From assembly GCA_963782525.1 (NCBI GenBank), contig CAWAKC010000003.1:384001-448000 (forward strand): DNA of 64,000 bases. The letters are read 5' to 3'. The position numbers and the translations under genes are program-made. Below, in pieces: positions 32,396-43,272 of the stretch. The notes beneath the pieces are model-generated. The model was given only the letters and a program-made list of their open reading frames with translations. It ran no database searches and had not been told where the DNA came from. The DNA comes from Candidatus Bathyarchaeota archaeon. GTDB taxonomy: Archaea > Thermoproteota > Bathyarchaeia > Bathyarchaeales > Bathycorpusculaceae. Each line of letters starts with the position of its first letter. The first letter of the stretch is position 1.

Positions 32396-35300
32396 ATGTA
32401 TGACAATCTACCGGTCCTTGGGCGTTACTGGATGACTAACCTTTTTGATAATTTAAATTCCCAGCAGCAAGAGGCAGTTAAAGAAATTGAAAGACCTCTT
32501 CTCATTATTGCTGGGGCTGGTTCAGGTAAGACTCTTACAGTGGCGAGCAAAGTTGCTTATCTGATCGATCAGGGTGTTAGGCCTGAGAATATTTTGGCGT
32601 TAGCGTTTAACCAGAAGGCAGCCGAGGAGCTAAAAGAAAGAGTCATCGGTATGTTGGATATTTCAGAGGATTTGAGTATATCGACTTTTCACTCTTTTTG
32701 TAACCAAGTTATTCAGGATAATATTCTCAACACTAAACTTAATGCTAACTTTAAGGTAATTACGGATACCGCTCAACTAGTTTTTTTAACTAAGAACATC
32801 AACAGCTTTGGAATTGAACATCTTGAGTTCAATCATGAGCCTTATACGTTAGCTGAAGAAATGGCAAAGTTCATTTCAAGGTGTAAAGACGAATCAATCT
32901 CACCAGATGACATCCAACAATATATTGAAAAACAAGAAAAGAAAACTCTTGATGATGAAGATCTTGAGGACTTATACTGCCTAAAAGATATTTTGAAGAT
33001 TTTTCGGGCTTACGAGGATTACAAGTTAGAAAATAACATGCTTGATTTCGGAGACATGCTCTGCACCGTCCATAACCTACTGAAAAACAAACCGTTAATC
33101 TTAAAAAAATATCGGGGAAAATTCCAATATGTCATAGTTGATGAATTCCAAGACACTAACTACATCCAACTGCAGATAGTCTATTTGATAGCTAGCCAAC
33201 ACGGCCACATCACCGTGGTAGGAGATGACGACCAAAGCATCTACCGGTTCCGAGGCGCATACCTTACCAACATAGCTGAATTCAAAAAAATGTTCCTTAA
33301 CTACGTTGAAAAAACCTTAGAACATAACTACAGAAGCACCAAAAAAATCGTAGCAACCGCCAACAAACTAATCGAAAACAGCCCTGAAAGAACAATTAAG
33401 AAACTTTTCACAACCAACCCTGACGGAGAAAACGTAGCGGTTGTAGAAACTCCAAGCGACACATCGCAAGCAAACTATATTCTTGAAACAGTCAAAGAAC
33501 TCCTAAAAAAATATCCTTTGCAAGACATAGCGATATTGTGCAGGCGAAGAGCATCTGCGGAACCAATAATCAAAGCCTTGAGAAAACAAGCCATACGCTT
33601 CAACTTTGTTGGTGAGGCAGGCTTCTTCCAAGAACCCATAATAAAAGACGTTACAGCTTACCTCAAAGTCATAAGTAACCCACTGGAAAACAATGTTGAA
33701 ATAGTTAGGATTTTAAACCGAAACAACTATGGCATTAAGCAAATTGAGATATGCAAATTCAACTGCTACGCAGATCAAAATGACCTTTCATTATTCGAGG
33801 TATTTAACCACCTGGGCGAGTTAGATGTGGATAAATTCAAGTTTCTCCAAGTCAAACAGACACTCTCCGACTTAATTAGCGCCAAAAAGAGGCTTCGAAC
33901 ACTGGACCTCATTCACAGCTTGCTTTTTGAACGTGAATTCTACAAATACGAAATCGCACTCCAAAACAACCGAAACATAGCGCTCCTAAACCAGTTCTAC
34001 GAATTCGCAGAGGAATTCAACAACATCTACCCCCATAATGACATAGAAGACTTGACAGAGTATCTGTCCTTTGCCTCTAACTTTGAAATTGAAGAAAAAA
34101 ACCTTGAAGAACAAGCTGTAGTCATCTCAACAATTCATGGCGTTAAAGGTATGCAGTATCCTGTGGTTATAATTCCTGATCTTGTCGAGCGAAAAATGCC
34201 TACAAATTATCAGAAAGACAAGTTTGCCATACCGCTGGAATTACTTAAGGGTGTGCAATCAAAATTTGATGAAAAGGAACTTCATCTGCAAGAGGAAAGA
34301 AGACTATTTTATGTAGCATTAACCAGGGCAAAAGACAAACTAATTATTACTTACGCTAAAAGATACGGCGAAAATAAAACTGATTCTAAACCCTCAAAAT
34401 TCTTAAAAGAACTAAACTACCAACAAAACGAAAACATAGATTTCCAACAAGCCAACGCTCAAGATCTCTCTGCTGAATCTGCAACAGAAGAAAATCAAAC
34501 GCAAACACGCCTCATGAAACAAGTAATATCCAATCTGGCAACTGGAAAATTCAACCAAGCCCTCGAAAACGTGCTCTTATACGCTAAATCAACAAACAAA
34601 AACCTGGATATCCAAGCTGAATTAATAGGTAAACTAAAAGAACCCGACTACTCAACGCTGGAACAAGCTCACGAAGAACCTGTTACAGTATCCGAAAACC
34701 ATGTGTTTAGTGTCTCGCAATTTGTCGGCTACAAGAAATGCCCCAGACTCTACCAGTATCGCCATGTTATGAAAATTCCAGAGAAACCAAGATACTACTT
34801 TGACTTCGGCTCCTCACTACACAGCATCGCAGAACAATTAACAAGGATGCAGAAAGACGGCAAAGCCATCAACGAAACTGTTGCAGAGGAGCTTCTTGCG
34901 AAGTTCTGGGATCCAAAAGGCTACAAATCAAAAATTGATGAAAAAAGAGATTATGATGAAGCCAAGGCGATTTTGAAAGTTTTCCTAGATGAGCAGGCCA
35001 AGAGCAAAACCGAGATTTTGGATATAGAACGATGGTTTGAAACATCTATTGGCGACATCAAACTGCGAGGACGAATCGACCGCATCGACAAAGATGAATC
35101 CGGCTTCACAGTTGTGGACTACAAGACAAGCAAGAAAGCATCATCTCTTAACGAACTCAAAAAAGACATGCAAATGCTGGTCTATGCACTTGCTGTTAAA
35201 GAGATCTACCCTGGCAACAATCCGTTGAAGGTGGGAAACTGGTTCTTACGATCTAACGAGAAAGTGTTCTTTGAACCCGAAAACCAAGCCATCGAAGCCA

Positions 35301-35413
35301 TGCAAACAGAGATCGCAGAGATGGCAGCAAAAATCAAGGCAGCAGCATTTGAACCCAAAAAAGGAAGCTGGGAATGCAACTACTGCGACTACAGCTGCCT
35401 CTGCGACCAATAA
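32396..35413 (+). CDS. UvrD/PcrA SF1A helicase fused to RecB/AddB-type PD-(D/E)xK nuclease with Cys cluster
   Basis: AGAGSGKT, DEFQD, GDDDQSIYRFRG, EERRLFYVALTRA; CPR..GRIDRID..VDYKT..QMLVY..CNYC..C. Confidence 0.9.
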   Translation: MYDNLPVLGRYWMTNLFDNLNSQQQEAVKEIERPLLIIAGAGSGKTLTVASKVAYLIDQGVRPENILALAFNQKAAEELKERVIGMLDISEDLSISTFHSFCNQVIQDNILNTKLNANFKVITDTAQLVFLTKNINSFGIEHLEFNHEPYTLAEEMAKFISRCKDESISPDDIQQYIEKQEKKTLDDEDLEDLYCLKDILKIFRAYEDYKLENNMLDFGDMLCTVHNLLKNKPLILKKYRGKFQYVIVDEFQDTNYIQLQIVYLIASQHGHITVVGDDDQSIYRFRGAYLTNIAEFKKMFLNYVEKTLEHNYRSTKKIVATANKLIENSPERTIKKLFTTNPDGENVAVVETPSDTSQANYILETVKELLKKYPLQDIAILCRRRASAEPIIKALRKQAIRFNFVGEAGFFQEPIIKDVTAYLKVISNPLENNVEIVRILNRNNYGIKQIEICKFNCYADQNDLSLFEVFNHLGELDVDKFKFLQVKQTLSDLISAKKRLRTLDLIHSLLFEREFYKYEIALQNNRNIALLNQFYEFAEEFNNIYPHNDIEDLTEYLSFASNFEIEEKNLEEQAVVISTIHGVKGMQYPVVIIPDLVERKMPTNYQKDKFAIPLELLKGVQSKFDEKELHLQEERRLFYVALTRAKDKLIITYAKRYGENKTDSKPSKFLKELNYQQNENIDFQQANAQDLSAESATEENQTQTRLMKQVISNLATGKFNQALENVLLYAKSTNKNLDIQAELIGKLKEPDYSTLEQAHEEPVTVSENHVFSVSQFVGYKKCPRLYQYRHVMKIPEKPRYYFDFGSSLHSIAEQLTRMQKDGKAINETVAEELLAKFWDPKGYKSKIDEKRDYDEAKAILKVFLDEQAKSKTEILDIERWFETSIGDIKLRGRIDRIDKDESGFTVVDYKTSKKASSLNELKKDMQMLVYALAVKEIYPGNNPLKVGNWFLRSNEKVFFEPENQAIEAMQTEIAEMAAKIKAAAFEPKKGSWECNYCDYSCLCDQ

Positions 35414-35440
35414 TCGGGAACTATCCTCAGGTATTGCCTC

Positions 35441-35575
35441 TTACGTTAGGTCGTCAAACATGCTGTCGGATTTCTCAGTTAACTGGTCGTCCCAGCATTC
35501 CCAACACATTCCCTCATAGTTATCGGTAGTCTTCTTTGGATATTTCTCGACAACAAACCTGACAACATATTTTTT
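35441..35575 (-). pseudogene. small CxxC..CWECWD Zn-finger protein, copy 1 (frameshift)
   Basis: CQVCCREISKEDY / DNYEGMCWECWDDQLTEKSDSMFDDLT. Confidence 0.7.
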
Positions 35576-35661
35576 ACCAGCCGGGTGTCAACCTACTGCA
35601 CTAATATCTTCGTTCCATAAGATTGAAAAACTTATATAGAATTTCAGTATAATGGAACAAC

Positions 35662-36601
35662 ATGAAAACTCCCACAGGCGAGTACTCCTTCAGCAAGGTA
35701 GAATTACAAATACTCAAAGAAATAGCAAAAGGAAACTATGAGTTGTCCTCAATCCAAACAAGGCTCTCTATGAAGCCCTCGCTTTTAACATACACGCTAA
35801 AAAAACTGCAAAATAAAGGTATAGTAAAATTTACTCACAAAGGAACCAAAAAGCAGGCATACTTTAGCGAATATAAAACATGCCACACTACTAAAAGACC
35901 TACTGTCAATCTATGATTATGTAGACTGGGAAAACGTGATAAACGGTAAATCCATCGAAATACTCTTCCAAACCTTAAGCGCATTTAAAGAGTCCTTGAG
36001 CATTCCGAGGAACACTCGTTGGCGTCACATGAAAAATTTTAAATCCCGAGGAATATTTACACAAGAAGGCAAAATTAATCCTCAGTTCAGAGGTCTTTCG
36101 GAATTTTTAAAGGAGTATCAAAGCTTTTTTGCTAAAAAGATTGCAAGCACACTTTCCGAGAACGCTTTAATACTTTGGCAAGAGGGCATGGACTTTCTAG
36201 TAAGGACACCAAAAAATACACGGCAAGCAACTGAAAACTTCCATAAAACAGCAACCTCTAAATTCAGCGAATATGGGCTACCGCTTTTCTCTGAATTTGA
36301 CATCTACTTTTACTCAACTAACAAGAAAACAATTAGACCAGAAGATGTTATATTGCATACGTTACTCATTGAACCAAACAATGTGCGCTACACAACTTAC
36401 GCCCTATTATTACTAAGGAAAGTCCACAAACAAATTGATGTAACCTACCTACAAAAAGAATCCGAAAGATATGGGTTGAAAAACCAAATAGGTGCAATGC
36501 TCCAATTTTTAGAAACCCACATACGCCCAGAAGGTCAATCGCTGCCTGCATGGGACGAATTTATAATCAAAGCAGAGGACTACGGAGTTATGGTTGAATG
36601 A
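35662..36601 (+). pseudogene. wHTH regulator/antitoxin partner of nucleotidyltransferase, frameshift near 35880
   Basis: MarR-like HTH in first ORF; continues into 35936-36601, which overlaps the NTase start. Confidence 0.6.
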
Positions 36602-37578
36602 CACAAAGACGCTCATTTGACAAAAATTACCTCCAACAAGAATTCGATAAAATAAATGCAACAGTAAAACAGCCCATGACACTGTACCTCATAGGCGGAG
36701 GCGCCATGGCATTCTACGGTCTAAAAGATGCCACAAAAGACATAGACATAATCCTCACCAGCCAAGACAACCTAAACAACCTGCAAACAACCCTCAAAGC
36801 CACAGAGTACAAAGAGCCAAACCCAATTCTCATCACCAGAGCATACAATAAAATGCAAACCAACGCCATACTGGAAAACCAGGACGGTTTCAGATGGGAC
36901 CTATTTCTAAGTAAAGTTTGCAACGCCCTAACATTATCTGGCGAAATGCAGAAGAGAGCAACCCCACTCTACCAAGGCACCCACCTAAAAGTCCGCATAG
37001 CTTCAAAAGAAGACCTCTTCCTCTTCAAAGGAATCACTGAACGAGAAGCAGATTTAGACGACATGAGAATACTTGCCCAATCGGGTCTCAACTGGCAAAT
37101 CATAACCCAAGAATGCAAGAGTCAATCTGAGGTTTCGGGTGTTTGTTGGGAAGATGCACTCTACCAAAACCTAGTGGACCTTAAAACAAAATACGGCATA
37201 GAATCTCCCATCGAAAAAACCCTCCGAAAAGTTGCAGAACGAAAGATAATTGAAACAACACTGATTAGGCAAATCCAAAAGGGAAACCACACCGTCCAAA
37301 GCATAGCCAAAGAAATCAAGGAGCCGCAAAACTTCATCCGAGAAGAACTCAAGCAATTAGCAGACAAGGGACAAATTAAAATTGATAGATCAAACAAACC
37401 CCATAAATTCTTGCTTAATGAAAAACCAACTAAAAACATACCTCTTCCGAATGCTCCGCAAAAAGAAGGAGAAAAATGGCTTCCAACAAGCAAGGGAAAT
37501 AAAGACTTAAAAAGCCTCGCTGAAAACGCCGCAACAGAAGACGCCGTGAGTAGAGCCAAAAGGCGAAATCAACTTTGA
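36598..37578 (+). CDS. DUF6036/AbiEii-like nucleotidyltransferase with C-terminal HTH
   Basis: YLIGGGAM..TKDIDII, DLFLFK..READLDD. Confidence 0.8.
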   Translation: MTQRRSFDKNYLQQEFDKINATVKQPMTLYLIGGGAMAFYGLKDATKDIDIILTSQDNLNNLQTTLKATEYKEPNPILITRAYNKMQTNAILENQDGFRWDLFLSKVCNALTLSGEMQKRATPLYQGTHLKVRIASKEDLFLFKGITEREADLDDMRILAQSGLNWQIITQECKSQSEVSGVCWEDALYQNLVDLKTKYGIESPIEKTLRKVAERKIIETTLIRQIQKGNHTVQSIAKEIKEPQNFIREELKQLADKGQIKIDRSNKPHKFLLNEKPTKNIPLPNAPQKEGEKWLPTSKGNKDLKSLAENAATEDAVSRAKRRNQL

Positions 37579-37827
37579 TGATCGAAACTGACAGGGTATA
37601 TGCCTAAGTCCCTAAAAGCAATAGACAATTTGACTTTTCTTGATACAACCTTTGAAATCGATCTACTTGCGTTGGCGTTGATAAGGCAATATGGCTTCAC
37701 ATCTCTCTTTGATACCTACTACGCGGCAACAGCACTCAATCAAGTGGACGATAACACAATAATCTCGACAGACACAGTGTTCGACTGCATACCCGGCATA
37801 AAAAGAATCGATCCACGAAAAATCTAA
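37577..37827 (+). pseudogene. vapC: truncated PIN/VapC toxin
   Basis: SLFDTYYAATAL..IISTDTVFD..GIKRIDP; internal deletion after MIETD. Confidence 0.7.
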
Positions 37828-37913
37828 ACCTACTTTCAACGTTTCTTTAGATACGATGTTTTGTTGGTTTGACCCGGAATAAAGTTTTATAGGTAGCTGT
37901 ATACAATAATTAA

Positions 37914-38144
37914 ATGGTGTATACGGTGACTGAGGTTTTATCTGTAAGGGTTAAAAAAACCTTGAAAGACGAAGCTGAGAAGCTTGGAGTTGACTTAAGA
38001 GTGGCCGTAGAGCAGCTTCTTGAGGAACTTGTATCTGAGAAAAAAGCCAAAGCACAAAATGTCGCCAAAGAACTCAGCAGCCTTATGGATGTTAAAGCTG
38101 AGGAGTGGGTAAATGACGTTAAAGCCACAAGGCACGAAATGTAA
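37914..38144 (+). CDS. vapB: VapB-type RHH antitoxin
   Basis: VLSVRVKKTLKDEAEKLGVD; upstream of PIN gene. Confidence 0.75.
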   Translation: MVYTVTEVLSVRVKKTLKDEAEKLGVDLRVAVEQLLEELVSEKKAKAQNVAKELSSLMDVKAEEWVNDVKATRHEM

Positions 38145-38513
38145 GTACCTCATTGACACATCTGCACTCTACCCACTACTAATTTCCGGGGTAGCCTTCA
38201 ACGTTGAGGAATGCGCAGTGAGTTCCTTAACCGAATATGAGGTTGGCAACGTTCTGTGGAAGGAGAACAAACAAAAAAACTAAAAGATCCCAGAAGAATA
38301 GCTGCGATTTTTTCTGAAGCACTTGGTCCTCTAAGAAAAATAGCGATAGATTCGCTATCCAATGTTTTAGCCTTAGCAATAGAGAGAAATCTCACTTTCT
38401 ATGACGCATCATATGCTTACCTGGCGGAGAAAGAAAACCTAAGATTAGTCACCCAGGACATAGATTTGCTAAAAAAATGCAAGACAGCAATCACAATAAA
38501 AGAAATGAAGTAA
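38113..38513 (+). pseudogene. vapC: VapC PIN toxin, frameshift in A-run near 38275
   Basis: YLIDTSALYP..YEVGNVLWKE / LTFYDASY..LVTQD. Confidence 0.8.
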
Positions 38514-38548
38514 CTTGGGCTTTTGGATTAAAAAGGAGCAAGCTTGAA

Positions 38549-38698
38549 GTGACTCAAGAAAGAAATGTCAAAAAATGCAAGGTTTGTAGAAAAGAAATCA
38601 GCAAGCAGGACAGCGAAAGCTACGAGGGCATGTGTTGGGAATGCTGGGATAACCAGTTAACAGAGGAATCTGACAGCATGTTCGACGAACTAATGTAA
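38549..38698 (+). CDS. small CxxC..CWECWD Zn-finger protein, copy 2 (intact)
   Basis: CKVCRKEISKQDSESYEGMCWECWDNQLTEESDSMFDELM; paralogs at 35441 and 44824. Confidence 0.75.
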   Translation: MTQERNVKKCKVCRKEISKQDSESYEGMCWECWDNQLTEESDSMFDELM

Positions 38699-38714
38699 GG
38701 AGAGAGGTATTATT

Positions 38715-38861
38715 TTGTGGCTTTGTCAATATTGTGGACACGAAAACGACGAAACCTCAACAATCTGCGACAACTGTGGCGCACTGCGAGATGATGACAC
38801 TGGTGATTCTGGGGACAACAAGGATTCAGAGGACCTCTTTTTTGATGATGAAGGCATATAG
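38715..38861 (+). CDS. 48-aa RanBP2-type zinc-finger protein with acidic tail
   Basis: WLCQYCGHENDETSTICDNC = W-x-C-x2-C-x3-N-x6-C-x2-C; GAGG upstream of TTG. Confidence 0.7.
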   Translation: MWLCQYCGHENDETSTICDNCGALRDDDTGDSGDNKDSEDLFFDDEGI

Positions 38862-38906
38862 GAACTAGAAAGTGTTAAAATTCCAGCCTTCTTACCAAGT
38901 GTAAGT

Positions 38907-39599
38907 ATGCGTAAGATACGAGCAATCCTGTTTGACCTTGACAATACATTGATAGACTTCATTCAGATGAAGGAGGAATCATGTAGAGCAGCGGTTAAGG
39001 CGATGGTAGCGTCAGGATTGCAGATGGATGAGGATCAAGCGTTTAAACTTCTATTGATAAAGTATTTTGATGTAGGAATAGAATCTGACAGAGCATTCTC
39101 AGAGTTTCTAAAAAGTATCAATCAGTTTGATCACAAAATACTCGCATCAGGCATCAATACCTACCTAAAAACAAAAAACAAATTCTTAAAACCCTACCCA
39201 AATGTCAAACCAGTCCTTGGAAAGCTAAAAAGAAAAGGCATTTTTCTCTCAATTGTTACAGATGCACCAAAAACCAAGGCTTACCAACGATTATTAGGTA
39301 TGGGGATCGAACCTTACTTCAAATTTGTCGTAGGTTATGAGGATACAAACAAAAGCAAACATACTGGGTTGCCACTTCTGCGGGCTTTGGAAATGCTCAG
39401 AAAAGAATGCCCGGACATAGCAAACTCGGAGATTCTTATGGTTGGCGATTCAATAGAAAAAGACATAGTGCCAGCCAAAGAACTTGGACTAAGAACAGCC
39501 CTCGCAAAATATGGACAAAAAACCCCAGAGGTTGGATCCGCAGATTACATGCTTTTAGATTTCAAAGAAATAATCGATATTGTCGAATCATTTCAGTGA
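38907..39599 (+). CDS. HAD-superfamily hydrolase (IA)
   Basis: FDLDNTL, IVTD, K, MVGDS..KD. Confidence 0.9.
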   Translation: MRKIRAILFDLDNTLIDFIQMKEESCRAAVKAMVASGLQMDEDQAFKLLLIKYFDVGIESDRAFSEFLKSINQFDHKILASGINTYLKTKNKFLKPYPNVKPVLGKLKRKGIFLSIVTDAPKTKAYQRLLGMGIEPYFKFVVGYEDTNKSKHTGLPLLRALEMLRKECPDIANSEILMVGDSIEKDIVPAKELGLRTALAKYGQKTPEVGSADYMLLDFKEIIDIVESFQ

Positions 39600-39609
39600 G
39601 CCAATCTCA

Positions 39610-42171
39610 TTAAATATGGTTATTCCTGATGTGCTTTTCTAATTGTGCTTCCTTCACTCTCAGATCGCAATAGGGACAAGTAGCTATGTTAACATTCTCT
39701 TTTCCTTCAGTAACAGTGTTCTTTTGATCTCTCTCTAAATCCCCAATCGCGCCTTCACTGAGTACTTTTAGTCGAATTTGTTTTACTTCCTCAAGGGTAA
39801 ATCCTGTTTCAGCTGCCACTTGAAGATCAGTAGCAGTTTTGTAGGTGAGAATGAAACATTTTGCATGATTTAGTCTGGTTTGGTCATTCCTACTGCGAAG
39901 TTTGGTCGGATCTACTACATTGTTAACCGATCGAACTTCAGCTTTCTCAGCGCCTCTAACACTCTTAGAAATTAGTCTTTTTGAATCTACTTTTAAGTAA
40001 TTTAGTCTAGTTTCTTCGATCCTGTTGAGCTGTTTGGTTCGATATGGTGAATTGTTAACCGATCGCACTTCAGCTGCTTCAGGGACTCTTATTCTGTTAG
40101 AATTTGGTCTTTTTGTACCCTGTAATTTATTCTTTAATTCCTCAACCCGGTCTATTGAAATTCCTTTCTGATTAGCAATTTCACGTACACCCCACCCTCG
40201 GCCCAAATAATACCTAACTACACTTAATTCAATGTCAACATTCCTTGTTTTAACAGTGTCCTCAGTTTTTCTTTTAAGCGGCTTTTTCTGTGAGAGTCTC
40301 TCTTCAAGGATTTCTTCTGCCTGTAATCTTCTCCGATCCCTAAAGCAATCATTAACCAACTTGAGAAACTTGTTATCCTTCTCAATCTTTGGACACATAA
40401 GGGTGAGCGCACTTTTGTGGCAGTACTGTGCCAAAGCTGTATAAGGAAACTCCCTCAAAGTTGAGATAGAGCCTATCAATATCAATTTCTTGCTTGCTCT
40501 AGTTAACGCAACATTCAACTCACGAAAATCACTTAAAGCGATATGCAATCTCTCGCCATCATATGTTGGAGACCATGTAAAGCAATAGATGACCACTTCC
40601 TTTTCTTTTCCTTGAAATTTATGCACGGTTGACACCGCCAAGTGCCAATCGGTAACGTCATGATCTTTTCCCAACTCTTTCGCAACTTTTTTTATTGCCC
40701 CCCTCAAGATTTGAGCTTGAAGCTTGAAGGGAGTTATAATACAAATATTATTGGGGTTGACTCCAGAACTAAGAAAATCTGACCAAACACTCACAGCAAC
40801 AGCGGCTTCATACTCATTAAAATAAGATGCAGACTTGTTAGGATCAGCAGATTGAACTCTGCCCATTGGCGCAACAATACTTGCTGAGCCTGTATCGACA
40901 CAAATCAACGGCTGATTATTGATAACTTCAACAATAGACTGTCTAGCACCAGAGTTTAAACCTAGATTTTTACTCTCACAACCAGGAGCACTAAGAATCG
41001 CACCACCATAAAAACACGCAGATGAGAAACCCATTATCACCGGATTACTACGATACTGAACATTCAACAGAGTATGCTTCTGAGGATATTTATCATACAG
41101 AATTCTAAAAAGACTCTCCCACCCCTCCTTAACATACTTGGCCGCAACACGAGAGGTTATAGGCGGTAACTGCTTGTGATCCCCAACCAAAACAAATCGT
41201 TTACCGCACAAGACACCAATTAATGTTAAGGGTATAGTCGCCATAGAACTTTCGTCAACTATAACATAATCAAAAAAAGGCTCATCCCACGACAATTTCT
41301 TTGACTTAACTAACATTGAAACCTTAGAAAGCGTAGCTCCCACAATTTGTGAACTCTTCAGAGCTAAGGCTTCATCCTTTCCTACAGAGATTAGGTGTTT
41401 CAACTCCTCAGAAACATTAGTTTTATTACCCAGCCTCGTGATGCCATGTTGCTTTTGCAAAACCAATTTTTCTAAAACATTATCAACTGCAACGTTTGTA
41501 TGAGATGTTACAAGAACCCTTTGTCCTTTCTTAACGAGAATTCGAACTAACTCAGTTATTACAGTAGTTTTACCAGTACCAGGTGGGCCATGTACTAGAT
41601 GAAACAAACCATCAAGCGATAGATCACAACAAATTCCAACGGCTTCTCTCTGATTATTATTCAGTTGTTTATTGAAAAAGTCCTGAGGAGAATACTGCCC
41701 CTTAACAAAATCTTCCGTCTCAGCAATAACACTATTTAGCATGCCGCCAAGTTCGCTCTTAGATTCAATTACATAATTCAAGGCGCACTCTTGCATCAGA
41801 ATTAACTGGGATTCATCTGCTTCTCGGATTTCCACCTGCTCAGTCAGAAGCTCCTGCTCGGTAATAACATAAAAGGAATCTTTATTCTCCGAAAACCCAA
41901 GAGTACCAAAAACTGTTTGTTCACCATAAACAACTTCTACCCACAAACCCTCTTCTATTCCAAAATCGTTTGCTTTAAAGTAAGAGAAGAAAAGGGTATC
42001 TACATTTTGACGTTCTATAATTGTCGCCAAAAACGTACGGCGACTGCTTATTTTCTTCTTAATTTCTTCTTTTTCTACCTCTAGAAATAATTTTACTTCG
42101 GACAAGACATTATCGGAGGCAACACACAAAGCAAACTCTAACTCTAAGTTTAGAAATAGAGGTAAAATCAA
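39610..42171 (-). CDS. Upf1/DNA2-like SF1B helicase with C-terminal HTH-like segments and C2H2 finger
   Basis: GPPGTGKT, DESSM, GDHKQLPP, QYRS, TVHKFQGKE, NVALTRA; CPYC..H..H. Confidence 0.9.
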   Translation of the reverse strand: MILPLFLNLELEFALCVASDNVLSEVKLFLEVEKEEIKKKISSRRTFLATIIERQNVDTLFFSYFKANDFGIEEGLWVEVVYGEQTVFGTLGFSENKDSFYVITEQELLTEQVEIREADESQLILMQECALNYVIESKSELGGMLNSVIAETEDFVKGQYSPQDFFNKQLNNNQREAVGICCDLSLDGLFHLVHGPPGTGKTTVITELVRILVKKGQRVLVTSHTNVAVDNVLEKLVLQKQHGITRLGNKTNVSEELKHLISVGKDEALALKSSQIVGATLSKVSMLVKSKKLSWDEPFFDYVIVDESSMATIPLTLIGVLCGKRFVLVGDHKQLPPITSRVAAKYVKEGWESLFRILYDKYPQKHTLLNVQYRSNPVIMGFSSACFYGGAILSAPGCESKNLGLNSGARQSIVEVINNQPLICVDTGSASIVAPMGRVQSADPNKSASYFNEYEAAVAVSVWSDFLSSGVNPNNICIITPFKLQAQILRGAIKKVAKELGKDHDVTDWHLAVSTVHKFQGKEKEVVIYCFTWSPTYDGERLHIALSDFRELNVALTRASKKLILIGSISTLREFPYTALAQYCHKSALTLMCPKIEKDNKFLKLVNDCFRDRRRLQAEEILEERLSQKKPLKRKTEDTVKTRNVDIELSVVRYYLGRGWGVREIANQKGISIDRVEELKNKLQGTKRPNSNRIRVPEAAEVRSVNNSPYRTKQLNRIEETRLNYLKVDSKRLISKSVRGAEKAEVRSVNNVVDPTKLRSRNDQTRLNHAKCFILTYKTATDLQVAAETGFTLEEVKQIRLKVLSEGAIGDLERDQKNTVTEGKENVNIATCPYCDLRVKEAQLEKHIRNNHI

Positions 42172-42563
42172 TTTAACCTTTACGAAAAAAACTTGTAATT
42201 CAGACTACATATTACTCATATGTCTCACAAGAGACAAGCTCTTGAATACAAACCATATTAGCCCTTATCACCTAATAATAACTAGTAAAAAATGATCTTT
42301 AGAGAAGAATATATAATTAGTACCACAACAGAGCATGCTCAAAACTCACAACTGCCCGCGTTCTTTCTCACAGATGCTGATTTTTCGTTGATTTACCCAT
42401 CGTTATCTCCAGATACTTCAAATGTCAAATACTAATGAAGTTATCCAGCGAGATTTTTCCATAGCCAATTGGATTTATGGTGAGTTTCACCCGACAAAGA
42501 AAAAAAACGTGAGGTTTCGATTTTTTGTGGAAAAAGATATTACCTCTTAAATCAACCTAAGAT

Positions 42564-42821
42564 TTGTTATTTGATGGTGAATTTATGTCTGGAACGTCTC
42601 AACCTAAAGCAAGCATGCGAACCAAGCTGCCAAACGGGGATTTCTTAACCTTAACGGTGTGGGCTGGAAAAACTGACCCAACCGCAGAAGTAATCACTGT
42701 CCAGATCCGCCACCCTGAAGGCGACCAATGGGAAACCATTGGCAGAATGGCTGCTTACCGAACCAGCGACGGAACCTACTCGCAGCTACCCGAACGCACA
42801 CCAGCACCAAAACCAACATAG
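42564..42821 (+). CDS. hypothetical protein
   Basis: GGTGA upstream of ATG at 42585; host-like composition. Confidence 0.65.
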   Translation: MLFDGEFMSGTSQPKASMRTKLPNGDFLTLTVWAGKTDPTAEVITVQIRHPEGDQWETIGRMAAYRTSDGTYSQLPERTPAPKPT

Positions 42822-43272
42822 AAGTCATCTGCCATTGTCTATAGTTATTTGACTAACTCCGGACAGCAATGCACATGTTTATCCAGATGGGCGGAATGCC
42901 GTTTTTGAATAAAACAATGCCGATCCAAAACAAACAAACTACGCTTTAAAAGCCTAAAGTCAGTCAAACAACTAATACTTTGTCGAATCTTCCGATGTTC
43001 TCTGCCACCTCTCTGTTCAGAACCAAGCACAGTATACTATACAACGCGAAGCAGGCAACGTTTCCTAAGCCTCTAACCTTATTCATGACCATGCTGTATT
43101 GAGTTTTCAGGAAACTGTAAACCGCCTCTATATGAAGCTATATCCATGTTACAGAAACCACAGAACTCCCTCGACTAGTTGCACTTGCAAGAGACTCTTA
43201 CAACAGGGAAAATAGATGATAGGCAACAAAAAGTTCATTTGTGTCAACCACCTAGCTTGAATTGAAGTTGGT

